Source: an uncultured Bacilli bacterium
GTDB taxonomy: Bacteria; Bacillota_I; Bacilli_A; RF39; UBA660
Reading direction: 5' to 3'
DNA: 64,000 nt
Assembly (NCBI GenBank): GCA_934130405.1
Contig: CAKOXX010000003.1
Coordinates: forward strand, 13,643 to 77,642
Below are positions 19,025-29,844 of the stretch, one piece after another. Made by a program: the position numbers and the translations under genes. The notes below the pieces were generated by a model. It searched no databases. It was not told the origin of the DNA and worked only from the letters and a program-made list of their open reading frames with translations. The first letter of the stretch is position 1. Each line of letters opens with the position of its first letter.

Positions 19025-20452
19025 CTACTTCACTTCCTTTTTATATAATTTTTTATTTTTTTCTTTTAAAACAACTTGATAACTTTCATCTTTCTTTAAA
19101 TAATAGTATAAAGAGTCATCATCTTCTACTATAATATAATCAAAATCATATTTTTGCAAAAACTTTTTATAATTAATTGTTCCTTTCTTAACTTTACAAG
19201 CCTCATCAAAAATATCTTCTTTTCCATTATTCTTTTTAATAAATATTTCTGCTCTACTATCCATATATGGATGATAACCACTATATTCAAAGTAAGAACC
19301 ATTATTATAATCAGCATAAAGTTTTATATCTTTACTAGCATATTTATCAAGATAGTCAATATACTTTTGATTAGTATTTTTTAAGTAGTATTTATTATTA
19401 TTTATGTTAATACCTAAAATCAGCAAAACTATTACTATTTCTGAGATATATAATTTGGTAGGTATTTCCTTAGCAGCTGTTTCTTCAAATGGTAAATAAA
19501 TACTAAGATAAGGTAAAACACAAGCATAGAAGATACTTATATTTCGAAAATTAGAGAAAGCCATATAAATTATTCCAAAGCTCAAAAATATCTGTCTTAT
19601 AGTTGGTTTCTTTTTACTAAAAATCATAAAACTTAATAATATAAATAACGATACTAAAAAAAAATGATTAGGTAAGTCTAAAGGTTCTTTAAAGGTCAAA
19701 TTAGACATTTCTATTATTTCTTTGTTGATAATATCAACTCCATAGGAAGTAAGAGAGTAAAACATATTCTTTACACCATAAGGATTAACAAAACCAGCTA
19801 AAAAAGATATAAATAATATTACTATTAGTTTAGATATTCTTTTATCGTGTTGTTTATAATATAAGTAGAAAAGTTCTACTAGAAAGGGCATACTAAATAT
19901 GAATAAACATAACCACATCGAAGCATGAAAGTTAATTAGTAATAACGATACTACTGGTAACAGATAAATAGCTTTACTATTTTTCTTTACAAATAATTCT
20001 AATATATAGATGATAATAATAAATAGTAATAAGCTATATAGAAATGGCCTTGGTACTAGGAAGAATGTTTGCAATAATATATCAATAACACAAACAGTTA
20101 TTACTGAGTTAAAAACTTTGTTATCAGTTATTAACATACATAATTTGTATAGAAAATACATTATTAATAAGTTAACACCAAATACTAAGAGAAATAGTCC
20201 TGTCCCCCCTAGGACTTTATAAACAGAATAAAACGATACTGCCGATAACCATTGTTGCATTACAAATGATAAGTTACTATGCATCGATAAAAAATCATAT
20301 TTAGGAAAACCACTAGTTAAGACTTTTCTACCATAAGATAGTAAAAACCAAACATCACTTTCTTTATTACTATAAGTATTAAGCATAACTACAATAGGTA
20401 AGAGAAAATATAAGTAACATAAATATTTACTTGGTTTATATTTTTTAAACAT
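19025..20452 (-). CDS. polytopic membrane protein, GT-C-like (paralog A)
   Basis: About 12 predicted TM segments plus a ~110-aa C-terminal soluble domain. Clear paralog of 20462-21877, sharing [46 protein letters not shown] and KYDFDY. The function is inferred only from topology and neighbours. Confidence 0.5.
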   Translation of the reverse strand: MFKKYKPSKYLCYLYFLLPIVVMLNTYSNKESDVWFLLSYGRKVLTSGFPKYDFLSMHSNLSFVMQQWLSAVSFYSVYKVLGGTGLFLLVFGVNLLIMYFLYKLCMLITDNKVFNSVITVCVIDILLQTFFLVPRPFLYSLLLFIIIIYILELFVKKNSKAIYLLPVVSLLLINFHASMWLCLFIFSMPFLVELFYLYYKQHDKRISKLIVILFISFLAGFVNPYGVKNMFYSLTSYGVDIINKEIIEMSNLTFKEPLDLPNHFFLVSLFILLSFMIFSKKKPTIRQIFLSFGIIYMAFSNFRNISIFYACVLPYLSIYLPFEETAAKEIPTKLYISEIVIVLLILGININNNKYYLKNTNQKYIDYLDKYASKDIKLYADYNNGSYFEYSGYHPYMDSRAEIFIKKNNGKEDIFDEACKVKKGTINYKKFLQKYDFDYIIVEDDDSLYYYLKKDESYQVVLKEKNKKLYKKEVK

Positions 20453-20461
20453 CTAAATCAC

Positions 20462-21877
20462 CTACTTTTTCTTATATAAATAGCTATTTTCTACTTTTAG
20501 TATTTTTTCATATGATTTATTATCTTTTAAATAATAATAAAGTATCTCTTTATTACTAACTACTAAATAATCAAAGTCATATTTTGCTAAAAATTTTTCT
20601 GGTTTTAATTTTCCTCTCGCTAGCTTATAGCATTCATTCATTACATCATATTTTTTATTATTGGCTTTGACAAAGACTTCCACTCTTCCATCCATATAAG
20701 GATGATATCCATCAAATACATAATACGAGCCATTATCGTTATTAGCATAAAGTTTTATATCTTTTGTAGCATTTTTATCAAGATAATCAATCGCTTTTTG
20801 ATGAGGGTTTTTCAAAGTATAGCTTCCTGTTGCAATATTAACTATTAATATAGTTATAACTATTGTAGAAGTTATCATAAAATATTTACTATATTTTCTT
20901 TTATCATCTTCTAGGTCGCTATTTTCAAAAGGAAGATAGTTACTATAAAATGGTAAGGCACCAATACAGAAAAAACTTAAGTTTCGAAAGTTTCGTAAAG
21001 CCATATAAAATGTTCCAAAAATAAGTAATACTTGATGAATAGAGGCTTTCTTCTTTATTGACATATAAATATTTAAACCAAAGAAAGTTATCAGTAAAAC
21101 GTAATAAGCAGGAGATAAAACACCACTAAGTGTAAATGGTGACATTTCCATTACAGTTTCATTTATCGCTTTTATACCATAACTAGATAAAGCATAAGTC
21201 ATACTATTAATTCCATACGGGTTAATAAAGCCTACTAGAAAGGATATAATTAATAAAATTATCAATTTAACTATTTTTTTATCTTTCTTTAATAAAAATT
21301 CTGCTACAAATGGCATACTAAAAATAAAGAAACAAAGCCACATCGAAGCATGTAAATTTATTAATAGTAATGATAAAAGAGGAAGTAGATAGATGCTTTT
21401 TTTATTTTCTTTTCGATATATTTCAAGGATATAAATAAGTAATATAAATATCAAAAAAGTAAATATTTGTGGTCTTGAAGTAATGAAGTAAGTTTGTAAA
21501 AGAATATCAGTAACAGAAGCAGTTATAACAGAATTGAATGTCTTATTTGAAGATATTTTCATACAAAGTTTATAAAGAAAATAAAGGATTAAACAGTTCA
21601 CAATGAATACTATTAAATATATTCCTACTCCTCCTAAAGCTTTATAAGAAAGGTAATAAATTATATCAGATAACCACTGTTGAACTACTAAAGAAAAATT
21701 ACTATGCATTGATAAAATATCATTATGTGGAAAACCATTTTTTAATATATATCTACCATAACTTAAGATAAACCAAATATCTCTTTCTTTAATAATTATT
21801 ATCATTGTAGAAAGTAATACTGGAATAAAAAAGTATAAATAAGATAAATATTTACTTGGTTTATACTTCTTAAACAT
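20462..21877 (-). CDS. polytopic membrane protein, GT-C-like (paralog B)
   Basis: See paralog A. The start overlaps the stop of the upstream FAD oxidoreductase gene by 1 nt. Confidence 0.5.
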   Translation of the reverse strand: MFKKYKPSKYLSYLYFFIPVLLSTMIIIIKERDIWFILSYGRYILKNGFPHNDILSMHSNFSLVVQQWLSDIIYYLSYKALGGVGIYLIVFIVNCLILYFLYKLCMKISSNKTFNSVITASVTDILLQTYFITSRPQIFTFLIFILLIYILEIYRKENKKSIYLLPLLSLLLINLHASMWLCFFIFSMPFVAEFLLKKDKKIVKLIILLIISFLVGFINPYGINSMTYALSSYGIKAINETVMEMSPFTLSGVLSPAYYVLLITFFGLNIYMSIKKKASIHQVLLIFGTFYMALRNFRNLSFFCIGALPFYSNYLPFENSDLEDDKRKYSKYFMITSTIVITILIVNIATGSYTLKNPHQKAIDYLDKNATKDIKLYANNDNGSYYVFDGYHPYMDGRVEVFVKANNKKYDVMNECYKLARGKLKPEKFLAKYDFDYLVVSNKEILYYYLKDNKSYEKILKVENSYLYKKK

Positions 21878-23409
21878 TATTTTTCCTCCTGATATGATTT
21901 ATCAATGTTTATATTCCATAATTCATCTAGATTATGTTCGCCATTTTTAATCATTCTACCACAAACTATACCACTATAAATTGAATGGTCCATATTATTA
22001 TAAGAGTGTGTACCATTTCTACCAATACAATATAAATTATCTATCTCATTTAAATAGTTTCTTATTTTATCTATTTCTTTATAACTATCAAAATAAGCAG
22101 GATAAGCCTTCTTCACTCTGATAACTACTGAATCTAATATTTCTCCTCCAAAAAATTTCATTTTACTAAGTTCTTCTTTTGCCATAGCAACTATGTCCTT
22201 GTCTTTCATATTCCAAAACTCATCATTTTCATTACAGAAATACTCAAGTCCCATCCAGACAGTATTTACTGGATCTTTAACCATATATGGTGACCAGTTA
22301 TTAAAGATTTGAATTCGTCCTAATTTTACATTTTTATCTTGAACATATATCCAGTTATCATTTACACTTCCATGAATAGTATTACTATCTTCTACTTTAA
22401 AAGGTGGTACTAAAAGTCCTACTGTTAAAAAGTCTCTATAAGGTAAATCACTTGCTAATTTAACTATTTTTCTTGGTACATCATTCATTTCAGAAATCAA
22501 ATCTTTTAATGGCATAGAACTAACTAGAATATCACATTTACAAGTAATATATTTTTCATCTTTTAAATATACCACTGAAGTTAAATGGTTGTTATTCTTT
22601 TTAATCTTTACTACTTTGGCATCTTTAATTATTTTTCCACCTAAATTTTCGATTCTTTTAGCTAGAGTTTCATATAATTCACCAGGTCCATACTTTGGAT
22701 AGTAAAACGATTCTATCAAAGATGTTTCTTTATTTTTATTTTCTAAATGAAAAATTCGTTTAAAGTAATCAATAAATACTTTGCTAATTGATATTCCCTT
22801 TACTCTTTGACTACCCCAACTAGCATCTATTTCTTTAGGAGCTCTTCCCCAGACTTTTGTTGTATATCCTTCAAAAAAGATAGAATATAGTTTTTTTCCA
22901 AATCTATTGATATAAAAATTTTCTAGATTAAATTCATCTAATTTATGAACTGTTGACTTTAAATAACTCATTCCACAAGCACAAGTAGTTGTAAAACCTA
23001 GATTGTTAATTGTTTTAAGATTAAAGTTAACGGGATAATCAAAAAATTTATGATTATAATAAATTCTACTTACCCTGTTTCTAATTAGCATAACACTATC
23101 TTCTACTTCTGGATTACTTCCTTTTACTGGAAAATTTTTATCTGTTTTCAATATCTTGTCATCAAAAGCAGGTTTATTTTGTAATGGTAATAACTCAAAC
23201 CAAAGTTTCTTTACTTCTTCATTTTTAGTAAAGAAGCGATGTCCGCCAATATCAATTCTATTATCTTTATAATTTACCGTTTTACTGATACCACCAACTT
23301 CTTTATCTTCTTCCAAAATAGTTATTTCTACATCTTTTGTTGTTTTTAAAATTTCATAGGCACAAGATAAACCAGCTGGTCCTGCCCCAATAATTACTAC
23401 TTTTTTCAT
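21877..23409 (-). CDS. NAD(P)/FAD-dependent oxidoreductase (amine-oxidase/HemY-like fold)
   Basis: N-terminal dinucleotide-binding motif [16 protein letters not shown]...ILEE...GG; 510 aa. Confidence 0.75.
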   Translation of the reverse strand: MKKVVIIGAGPAGLSCAYEILKTTKDVEITILEEDKEVGGISKTVNYKDNRIDIGGHRFFTKNEEVKKLWFELLPLQNKPAFDDKILKTDKNFPVKGSNPEVEDSVMLIRNRVSRIYYNHKFFDYPVNFNLKTINNLGFTTTCACGMSYLKSTVHKLDEFNLENFYINRFGKKLYSIFFEGYTTKVWGRAPKEIDASWGSQRVKGISISKVFIDYFKRIFHLENKNKETSLIESFYYPKYGPGELYETLAKRIENLGGKIIKDAKVVKIKKNNNHLTSVVYLKDEKYITCKCDILVSSMPLKDLISEMNDVPRKIVKLASDLPYRDFLTVGLLVPPFKVEDSNTIHGSVNDNWIYVQDKNVKLGRIQIFNNWSPYMVKDPVNTVWMGLEYFCNENDEFWNMKDKDIVAMAKEELSKMKFFGGEILDSVVIRVKKAYPAYFDSYKEIDKIRNYLNEIDNLYCIGRNGTHSYNNMDHSIYSGIVCGRMIKNGEHNLDELWNINIDKSYQEEK

Positions 23410-23477
23410 ATTCTTTCTCCCTGTACTCTATACTCTTTTCTTAACTTAATTCTATCAAAGTGAAGATAAAAAGTCAC

Positions 23478-23506
23478 TAAAAAGAGCTATCTAAATCAAT
23501 AGCTCT
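23478..23506 (-). terminator. rho-independent terminator after the SDR gene
   Basis: AGAGCTAT-N8-ATAGCTCT hairpin followed by TTTTT on the minus strand. Confidence 0.6.
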
Positions 23507-23523
23507 CAAGTATTTGGTAATAA

Positions 23524-24303
23524 TTAGAAAGTATAACCACCATCTACAGCAATGTTTTGTGAAGTGATATATCTTGCTTCATCAGTACAAAGGAATGCTG
23601 TCATATAAGCAATATCGATTGGTTCTTGTGGTTTTCCATTTGGTGTAGACCTATTAGAAGAGTTCCAAACATTTTCTCTATTACTTTCTTCTTGGCCAGC
23701 CATTTGATCTAAAATATCTTCCCACATATTGGTTCTGATAATGCCTGGACAAATGCAGTTAACGTTGACACTATCTTTGGCAGCTTCTCTTCCCAAGCTA
23801 GCTGTTAAAGCTAAAACTGCTGATTTTGTACAACTATAAACACTAAATCCTGCAGAACAAGCTTTCGCTGCAATTGATGACATATTTACTATTTTTCCAT
23901 ATTTGTTAGGGCGCATAATAGCTAAAGCTTCACGACAAGAATAAATTGTTCCTTTTATATTTATATCTATTGTTTTATCAATATTTTCTAAGCTTTCTTT
24001 ATCTAATTCTCCTGTTAAACATACACCAGCAGAGTTAACAACAATATCTACTGTCCCCCATTCTGATACTATTTTTTCATACATTGCTGCTACTTCTTCA
24101 TAATTAGTAACATCTACTTGGTATGCAATGGCATTTACACCATAATTTCTAATTTCAGTAGCTACTTGTTCTGCTCTTTCAGGTAATAAGTCTGCCACTA
24201 AAACATCCGCACCATTCTTAGCAAAAAGTAAGGCACATTCTCTTCCTAAGCCACTTCCGCCTCCAGTAACAAGTGCTTTCTTTCCTTTAAAATTAAATTC
24301 CAT
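23524..24303 (-). CDS. SDR family oxidoreductase
   Basis: TGGGSGLG cofactor motif, NSAG, and the catalytic YSCTK (YxxxK); 259 aa. Confidence 0.85.
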   Translation of the reverse strand: MEFNFKGKKALVTGGGSGLGRECALLFAKNGADVLVADLLPERAEQVATEIRNYGVNAIAYQVDVTNYEEVAAMYEKIVSEWGTVDIVVNSAGVCLTGELDKESLENIDKTIDINIKGTIYSCREALAIMRPNKYGKIVNMSSIAAKACSAGFSVYSCTKSAVLALTASLGREAAKDSVNVNCICPGIIRTNMWEDILDQMAGQEESNRENVWNSSNRSTPNGKPQEPIDIAYMTAFLCTDEARYITSQNIAVDGGYTF

Positions 24304-24384
24304 ATCTTTAACCTCCCTATTATTAATTTTAACACAATTTAGAAAAGTTACTAATTTTTTTTAATTTTCAGTGTAAATATTCGT

Positions 24385-25365
24385 CTACTTCATGCTTAAA
24401 CCATATACTTTAGCTCTTTCAATATCATTCTCTTTGCCTATTACATTAGCACGATTTCCTTTTTTTATACTCCTATGTATAGATAAATCATAATTTCCCT
24501 CACTAAGTATAATATCTGTATTATCAAAATAAATTTGTTTTAAATCTACTTTTTCGACTTTTCCAAATCTAAAATATAAATTCATTTCTAGAGCAGTTGG
24601 TAAGGTATCACTTAAATTTGAAAGTGATGGAACTACTATATCTAGTCCACCATTTTCTTTCAGTTCTGTAACATACTTATGTGCATGACCATGAAGTGTT
24701 AATACTGAATCGCTTTCTTTTCTTGGAATAGAATCTATATGATGATACAAATCTATTTTTTCATTTTTGATTGCTACTGTACTATTAGCAAAGCCACCGA
24801 TTATAATATCATGACGATAATTGTTAACGGCTTTTATCAATGACTTAGCTTCTTTTAAGTAAGCTAAATAATCGTGATTTCCAGCAACTGCAAAAGTTAA
24901 GATATTTTTATCATGAGGATATTTTTTTATAAAATGCGAAATTTGTGCATCTACTGTACTATATTTTTTCTTACTTTTAGAAAAGTAGCAATCAATCATA
25001 TCTCCAGCACATAAAATTATGTGAATATCATTTTTTACACAATATTCAAATGCTCTATCTACCAAATCAGGTCTTTCTAATTCGTTTCCAAAGTGTAAAT
25101 CAGAAATTAGTAACATTTTAATATCATATTCTTCTTGTAATGAGTAGATAATATTTTCTGATGTTTTTACCTCAGCATATTCTTCTGGTACTTTATACAC
25201 TATTTCTCCATTACTAAAATATTTCTTATTTAAATTGAAGCCCTTATTACTTAAAGCTAATATTTTATTATAGAGTTGTTTATTTGAAATATTTAATCTA
25301 CCAGCAATTGTATTGCAAGTTTCTCTCTTATATAGTAATTTTATTAATTTTTGATAGTCTTTCAT
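24385..25365 (-). CDS. metallophosphoesterase with an N-terminal HTH-like domain
   Basis: LLISDLHFG, AGDMID, AGNHD and LHGHAH calcineurin-like phosphoesterase motifs, preceded by ~70 aa that look like an HTH (TIAGRLNISNKQLYNKI). Confidence 0.7.
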   Translation of the reverse strand: MKDYQKLIKLLYKRETCNTIAGRLNISNKQLYNKILALSNKGFNLNKKYFSNGEIVYKVPEEYAEVKTSENIIYSLQEEYDIKMLLISDLHFGNELERPDLVDRAFEYCVKNDIHIILCAGDMIDCYFSKSKKKYSTVDAQISHFIKKYPHDKNILTFAVAGNHDYLAYLKEAKSLIKAVNNYRHDIIIGGFANSTVAIKNEKIDLYHHIDSIPRKESDSVLTLHGHAHKYVTELKENGGLDIVVPSLSNLSDTLPTALEMNLYFRFGKVEKVDLKQIYFDNTDIILSEGNYDLSIHRSIKKGNRANVIGKENDIERAKVYGLSMK

Positions 25366-25425
25366 TTACATCTTCCTTCTTAGTAGTTATTATAAATTTT
25401 ACAAAGAAAAAAGACAAGAATAATC

Positions 25426-26676
25426 TTATCTTCCATTCCACCATGCTCTAAGACCTGCTGGAAAACCAATATATTGTCTTGGATTGATTGTACTTCTTTC
25501 ATAAGCAGCATAACTAGCACAACCACCACCAACGTTCCAATCACAACTAGTAACTTCTAAGTGTAAGTGAGCACCAGTTGAACAACCAGTATTACCCATT
25601 CTACCAATCATAGTATTAGTAGTAACTTGCATACCAACACTTATATTTCCATAACTACCTAAATGAGCATAAGTTGAATAAATATATCTACCATTAACTA
25701 AATGTCTAATTTTAACTATCTTAGCATTACCATTACAACCATAGCGACACCAATTACCAGTTGTACAAGAATCCGAATAGATTTTGAAAATTACCCCATC
25801 AGCAATTGGATAAACCGGAATTGATCTATCATTTGAATTGGATAAATCAATACCTAAATGTCCTCCATAACCTCCCCAGTTTTGAGTTACATATCCACTA
25901 GTCATTGGTCTAAAGAAACCACTTACAGAAGGAGGAATAGGAATGCTTCCACCACCACTACCAGTATTACTTCCACCTTGGGCTCTATCATGACGATATT
26001 GACAAGCATAGATATCTTCATTTGTACCACAACCTAACTTCTTATAATAAGCTAAGTTAGCTTTGGCTGCTTTTAATTGTTCTTGAACTGATGGCATAGA
26101 TTCTCTAATTGACTGCGTATCAGCATTTATTCTTTCTTTTTCACTTTCTAGTTTTGCTTTAATTGATTTAAATTCTTCCTTTTTAGCAGCTAATTCTTTA
26201 GTTTTAGCTCGATTAGTTTTGATTAGTTCATCTAATTCATTCATTACTTTTTGATTATATTCTGTTAACTGTTCAACAACACTTAAGCGATAAACCATTT
26301 CTGTAATGCTTTCTGCTCCAAAAACATATTCTAAATAAGCATTATTTCCATTACTTACTTGTAAATATTGAAATAACTGTTTACTTTCTTCAGTCTTCTT
26401 TTCAATTTCATCATTTGATTTATCAATTTCTTCTTCTAATGACTTCATAGAAGTTTCTAAGTCACTTATTTGTTTTTCATAAGAAGCAATGTTTTTCTTT
26501 ATTTCTGCTACTTCTTGGTCATTTTTAGCAATTTTGGCTTCTTTTTCTTCCAAACTTTTAGTAAAGTTATTTACTTCATTTTCAAAGTCTTTTATCGTTT
26601 TAGCATTAACACTATAAGGTATTAAACTAGTCATCACTAACAGTAGGAAAAGACCTATCTTTTTCTTACTACTCAT
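25426..26676 (-). CDS. coiled-coil M23 peptidoglycan metalloendopeptidase (EnvC/PcsB-like FtsEX partner)
   Basis: Signal peptide, ~200 aa of heptad-rich coiled coil, then an M23 domain (HLGIDL ... GCSTGAHLHLEV). It lies immediately downstream of ftsX. Confidence 0.85.
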   Translation of the reverse strand: MSSKKKIGLFLLLVMTSLIPYSVNAKTIKDFENEVNNFTKSLEEKEAKIAKNDQEVAEIKKNIASYEKQISDLETSMKSLEEEIDKSNDEIEKKTEESKQLFQYLQVSNGNNAYLEYVFGAESITEMVYRLSVVEQLTEYNQKVMNELDELIKTNRAKTKELAAKKEEFKSIKAKLESEKERINADTQSIRESMPSVQEQLKAAKANLAYYKKLGCGTNEDIYACQYRHDRAQGGSNTGSGGGSIPIPPSVSGFFRPMTSGYVTQNWGGYGGHLGIDLSNSNDRSIPVYPIADGVIFKIYSDSCTTGNWCRYGCNGNAKIVKIRHLVNGRYIYSTYAHLGSYGNISVGMQVTTNTMIGRMGNTGCSTGAHLHLEVTSCDWNVGGGCASYAAYERSTINPRQYIGFPAGLRAWWNGR

Positions 26677-26677
26677 A

Positions 26678-27577
26678 TTACACCTTTAAATACTTTCGAA
26701 CAGCAGATGATGAACCTATCATGCCTACTAAAATACCAATTATTAAGATTATTCCTGATACTATGTAAATAAACGGCTCAGGTTCTACTAGTTTAATTAT
26801 TTCTGTATAGACATAACCATTTAGATGATTATATAAAGCAACATAACCAAAGCATACAGCAAGAATTGGAAGGATAGAACCAATACATCCTAAAATCATT
26901 CCTTCTACAATAAATGGTGTTTTAATAGCAATATTACTAGCACCTACTAATCGCATAATAGATATTTCTCTTTTTCTTGAAAAGATTGTTAATTTGATAG
27001 TGTTAACAATTAAAAAGACTGTTACTAGAATTAAAGCTATTACTACTCCATAAGCTCCTTTTTCAATAACACTGAACATACTAATCATTTTATCAACCCA
27101 AGCTTCACCATAATTAACAACACTTACTTGGTCTAGTTTTTTAATTTTTAATGCAGTATCTTTGATTTTCTCAACGTCTTTAACTTTTACTTGAAAAGTG
27201 TCTTTTAAAGGATTATCATCATCTTTCCAAGTAGACATTACTTCATTAAACACTTCATTTTCTTTACGCATTTCTTCTTTAACTGCATTTTTACTTTGAT
27301 AAGTTAAACTTTCAACATTATTCATTTTTTCTAATTTTTGTTGAACATCTTTAACTTGGTCCTCAGTTGTATTATTATTTAGAAATACTACTATCGTTAA
27401 GTCTTTTTCCATTTCTTTAGTAAAGTTTTCTACGTTAAATGTCAAGATAATAGCAACTGCTACAATTAATAGAGTTATTATTATACAAGAAATTGATGCC
27501 AACGATAGAGAAAAGTTACGAAAAACTGATTTAAAAGCATCTCTGATACTTCTACCTAACATTCTGAAAAATCTCAT
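26678..27577 (-). CDS. ftsX: cell division permease FtsX
   Basis: 4-TM FtsX topology with a large first extracellular loop. It overlaps the ftsE stop. Confidence 0.9.
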   Translation of the reverse strand: MRFFRMLGRSIRDAFKSVFRNFSLSLASISCIIITLLIVAVAIILTFNVENFTKEMEKDLTIVVFLNNNTTEDQVKDVQQKLEKMNNVESLTYQSKNAVKEEMRKENEVFNEVMSTWKDDDNPLKDTFQVKVKDVEKIKDTALKIKKLDQVSVVNYGEAWVDKMISMFSVIEKGAYGVVIALILVTVFLIVNTIKLTIFSRKREISIMRLVGASNIAIKTPFIVEGMILGCIGSILPILAVCFGYVALYNHLNGYVYTEIIKLVEPEPFIYIVSGIILIIGILVGMIGSSSAVRKYLKV

Positions 27578-28263
27578 TCTTCATACTCTCCTTTCTCTAC
27601 GTGTTTTAATAAATGTCCATCTTTTAGAACTATTACTTCTTTTTTCATCTTATTAACAATATCTTTATCATGGGTTGCCATAATAATGGTTGTTCCACAA
27701 GACTTATTAATTTGTTCTAAAACTTGCATTATTTCCATACTCATATCAGGATCCAAGTTACCTGTCGGCTCATCACATAGTAAAAGTTTAGGTTCGTTTA
27801 CAATTGCTCTTGCTATTGCAACACGTTGTTGTTCTCCACCTGATAATTGGTCTGGATAATTATGTATTTTATGTTTTAAACCAACTAATTCTATCGCTTT
27901 TAATGTTTTCTTTCTGATTTCATCACGTCTTGCTCCTAAAACTTCCATAGTAAAAGCGACATTTTCATAAACAGTAGATTTTGGTAATAAACGATAATCT
28001 TGAAATACTATTCCTAGTTTTCTTCTTAGTTTATATACTTTTTTGTTTCTAAGCTTTAAAACATTTAGTCCTCCAACAATTATTTCTCCCTTTGTTGGTT
28101 TCTCCTCACGATATAACATCTTTATAAATGTACTTTTACCGCTTCCACTACCTCCGATTACAAAGACAAATGAGCCTTTTTTTATGGAAAGAGATAAGTC
28201 ATAAATTGCTGTTACACCATTTTTATATTGTTTGGTTACATTTTTAATTCTTATTAGTTCCAT
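27574..28263 (-). CDS. ftsE: cell division ATP-binding protein FtsE
   Basis: GGSGSGKST, LSGGEQQRVAIARA and LLCDEPTG. The start is moved to MELIRIKNV (ATG at 28263 with an AAGGTGG SD). Confidence 0.95.
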   Translation of the reverse strand: MELIRIKNVTKQYKNGVTAIYDLSLSIKKGSFVFVIGGSGSGKSTFIKMLYREEKPTKGEIIVGGLNVLKLRNKKVYKLRRKLGIVFQDYRLLPKSTVYENVAFTMEVLGARRDEIRKKTLKAIELVGLKHKIHNYPDQLSGGEQQRVAIARAIVNEPKLLLCDEPTGNLDPDMSMEIMQVLEQINKSCGTTIIMATHDKDIVNKMKKEVIVLKDGHLLKHVEKGEYEE

Positions 28264-28371
28264 CTTATCCCACCTTATATTCACTTAATATTTTAGCATA
28301 GTTCGACTTTTTTTGATAGTGATAAATAATTTCAAAAGAAAAAAAGTGTTAAAAATAGAAGCTTTTACACT

Positions 28372-28980
28372 TTAACTAGTAATTATTATTAATGATTTGT
28401 CTTTTCTTAAAATTTTGTCCATTACTATTTTACTGGTAAGTAAAAGAAAGATAGCATATAAGACTTTAGTATAAGTAAAGTACACTCCTCCTAGTATTAC
28501 TATTATCATATTAATAAATAAAGTTGTATTACTTAAAGGTATTTTAAAATATTTATAAAGTATTTGACTTATTATATTAATTCCTCCATTACTAAATCCT
28601 ACTTTATACATAAAGCCGTTACTTATCCCTAAAGAAATACCAATTATTAAACAGGTTAGTAATAAATCATTTGTTTTTATGATAATTATTTTATTAATGA
28701 ATGAGGTAAGTGAAACAAAGAATGGATAGATAAATGTTGCTAAAAGACTTGCTATTGTTTGTTCCTTTGATAAAAGAATAGTACTTAAAAAAAGACAAAT
28801 ACTACTTCCAATAAAGATAATTATTGACGGAGAAATTTTTAAAAGATGATTAATAATAATTGCTATTCCATTCATTCCTCCAGTTACTAATTTAATTGGG
28901 TATAAGAATAAATTAAAAATGATACTAGAAAAAAAGAGACAGATTATTAATACTCCATAGCGATATAGAATATTTTTCAT
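28372..28980 (-). CDS. YitT-family membrane protein lacking the C-terminal DUF2179 domain
   Basis: Paralogous to the membrane part of the upstream gene (GGMNGIAII, GFSNGG motifs). It stops after the TM bundle. Confidence 0.65.
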   Translation of the reverse strand: MKNILYRYGVLIICLFFSSIIFNLFLYPIKLVTGGMNGIAIIINHLLKISPSIIIFIGSSICLFLSTILLSKEQTIASLLATFIYPFFVSLTSFINKIIIIKTNDLLLTCLIIGISLGISNGFMYKVGFSNGGINIISQILYKYFKIPLSNTTLFINMIIVILGGVYFTYTKVLYAIFLLLTSKIVMDKILRKDKSLIIITS

Positions 28981-29844
28981 CTATTCTCCTCCAAATACCT
29001 GATAAGCATCGGTTACTACAAAGAAAGCATCTGGATCTATTAGATGTATTCCTTCTTTGAATTTATAGTATTCCTTAGTTGGGATAACACTCATTAAAAC
29101 ATCTTGGTCTTTATCTTTATAACCACCTGTTGCTTCAAATTTAGTAACTCCGTGTTTCATTTCTTTTAAAATATATTCTTTTACCTCTTTGTCTTTCTTC
29201 GTTATAATGTAGAAAGCTTTAGCATCACTTATTCCTAGTAATACTCTATCCATAGCCCAAGTAACTAGGTATAAAACTATTAAAGCATACATTAATTTAT
29301 TAAATCCAAAAGCAAAAAATCCAAGTAGAACAATTAATCCATCAGTAAATATCATTGCTTGTCCCATTCCAATTTTTAACTTTTTAGAAATAATCATATT
29401 TAAAATATCTGTTCCACCAGTAGAAAATCCTGCTTTAAAGATAAGTCCTGCTCCAATGCCTTGAAGTAATCCTCCAAAAATAGCTACTAAAAGCATTTCG
29501 CTTTCACTAAAACTAACATATTTAGTTAAAAAACTTGTTAGATTAACAAAAATCGGAAATAATATAGACCCCAAGATACTTAGTCTTGTTTTTTCTTTAC
29601 CTAAAAATGAATAAGACAAAATTAATAGAAATATATTAGCAATTAATATGACATAAGACTGATTAAATTTAAAGAAATGATTTAAAACTATTGATAAACC
29701 ACTTACTCCACCAGCTACTATGTTATTAGGGGAATAAAATAGATTAAATGCTAATGCTACTAGTAAACAACCAAAGATAAACTGAACATATCTTTTTATT
29801 TTATCATGTTGATAAATATTACTAACGATAGTCTTAGGATTCAT
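28981..29844 (-). CDS. YitT family membrane protein (DUF161 x2 + DUF2179)
   Basis: GGVSGLSI and GFSTGGTD repeats in the membrane domain, plus a soluble C-terminal domain (...TKFEATGGY...). This is the same position as yvjA in the B. subtilis prfB-ftsE region. Confidence 0.75.
   Translation of the reverse strand: MNPKTIVSNIYQHDKIKRYVQFIFGCLLVALAFNLFYSPNNIVAGGVSGLSIVLNHFFKFNQSYVILIANIFLLILSYSFLGKEKTRLSILGSILFPIFVNLTSFLTKYVSFSESEMLLVAIFGGLLQGIGAGLIFKAGFSTGGTDILNMIISKKLKIGMGQAMIFTDGLIVLLGFFAFGFNKLMYALIVLYLVTWAMDRVLLGISDAKAFYIITKKDKEVKEYILKEMKHGVTKFEATGGYKDKDQDVLMSVIPTKEYYKFKEGIHLIDPDAFFVVTDAYQVFGGE

Noticed and set aside
19129-19317. 62-aa minus-strand ORF inside the GT-C-like gene 19025-20452.
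   Set aside because: It is an alternative frame of a longer, paralog-supported gene. It has no SD and is low complexity.
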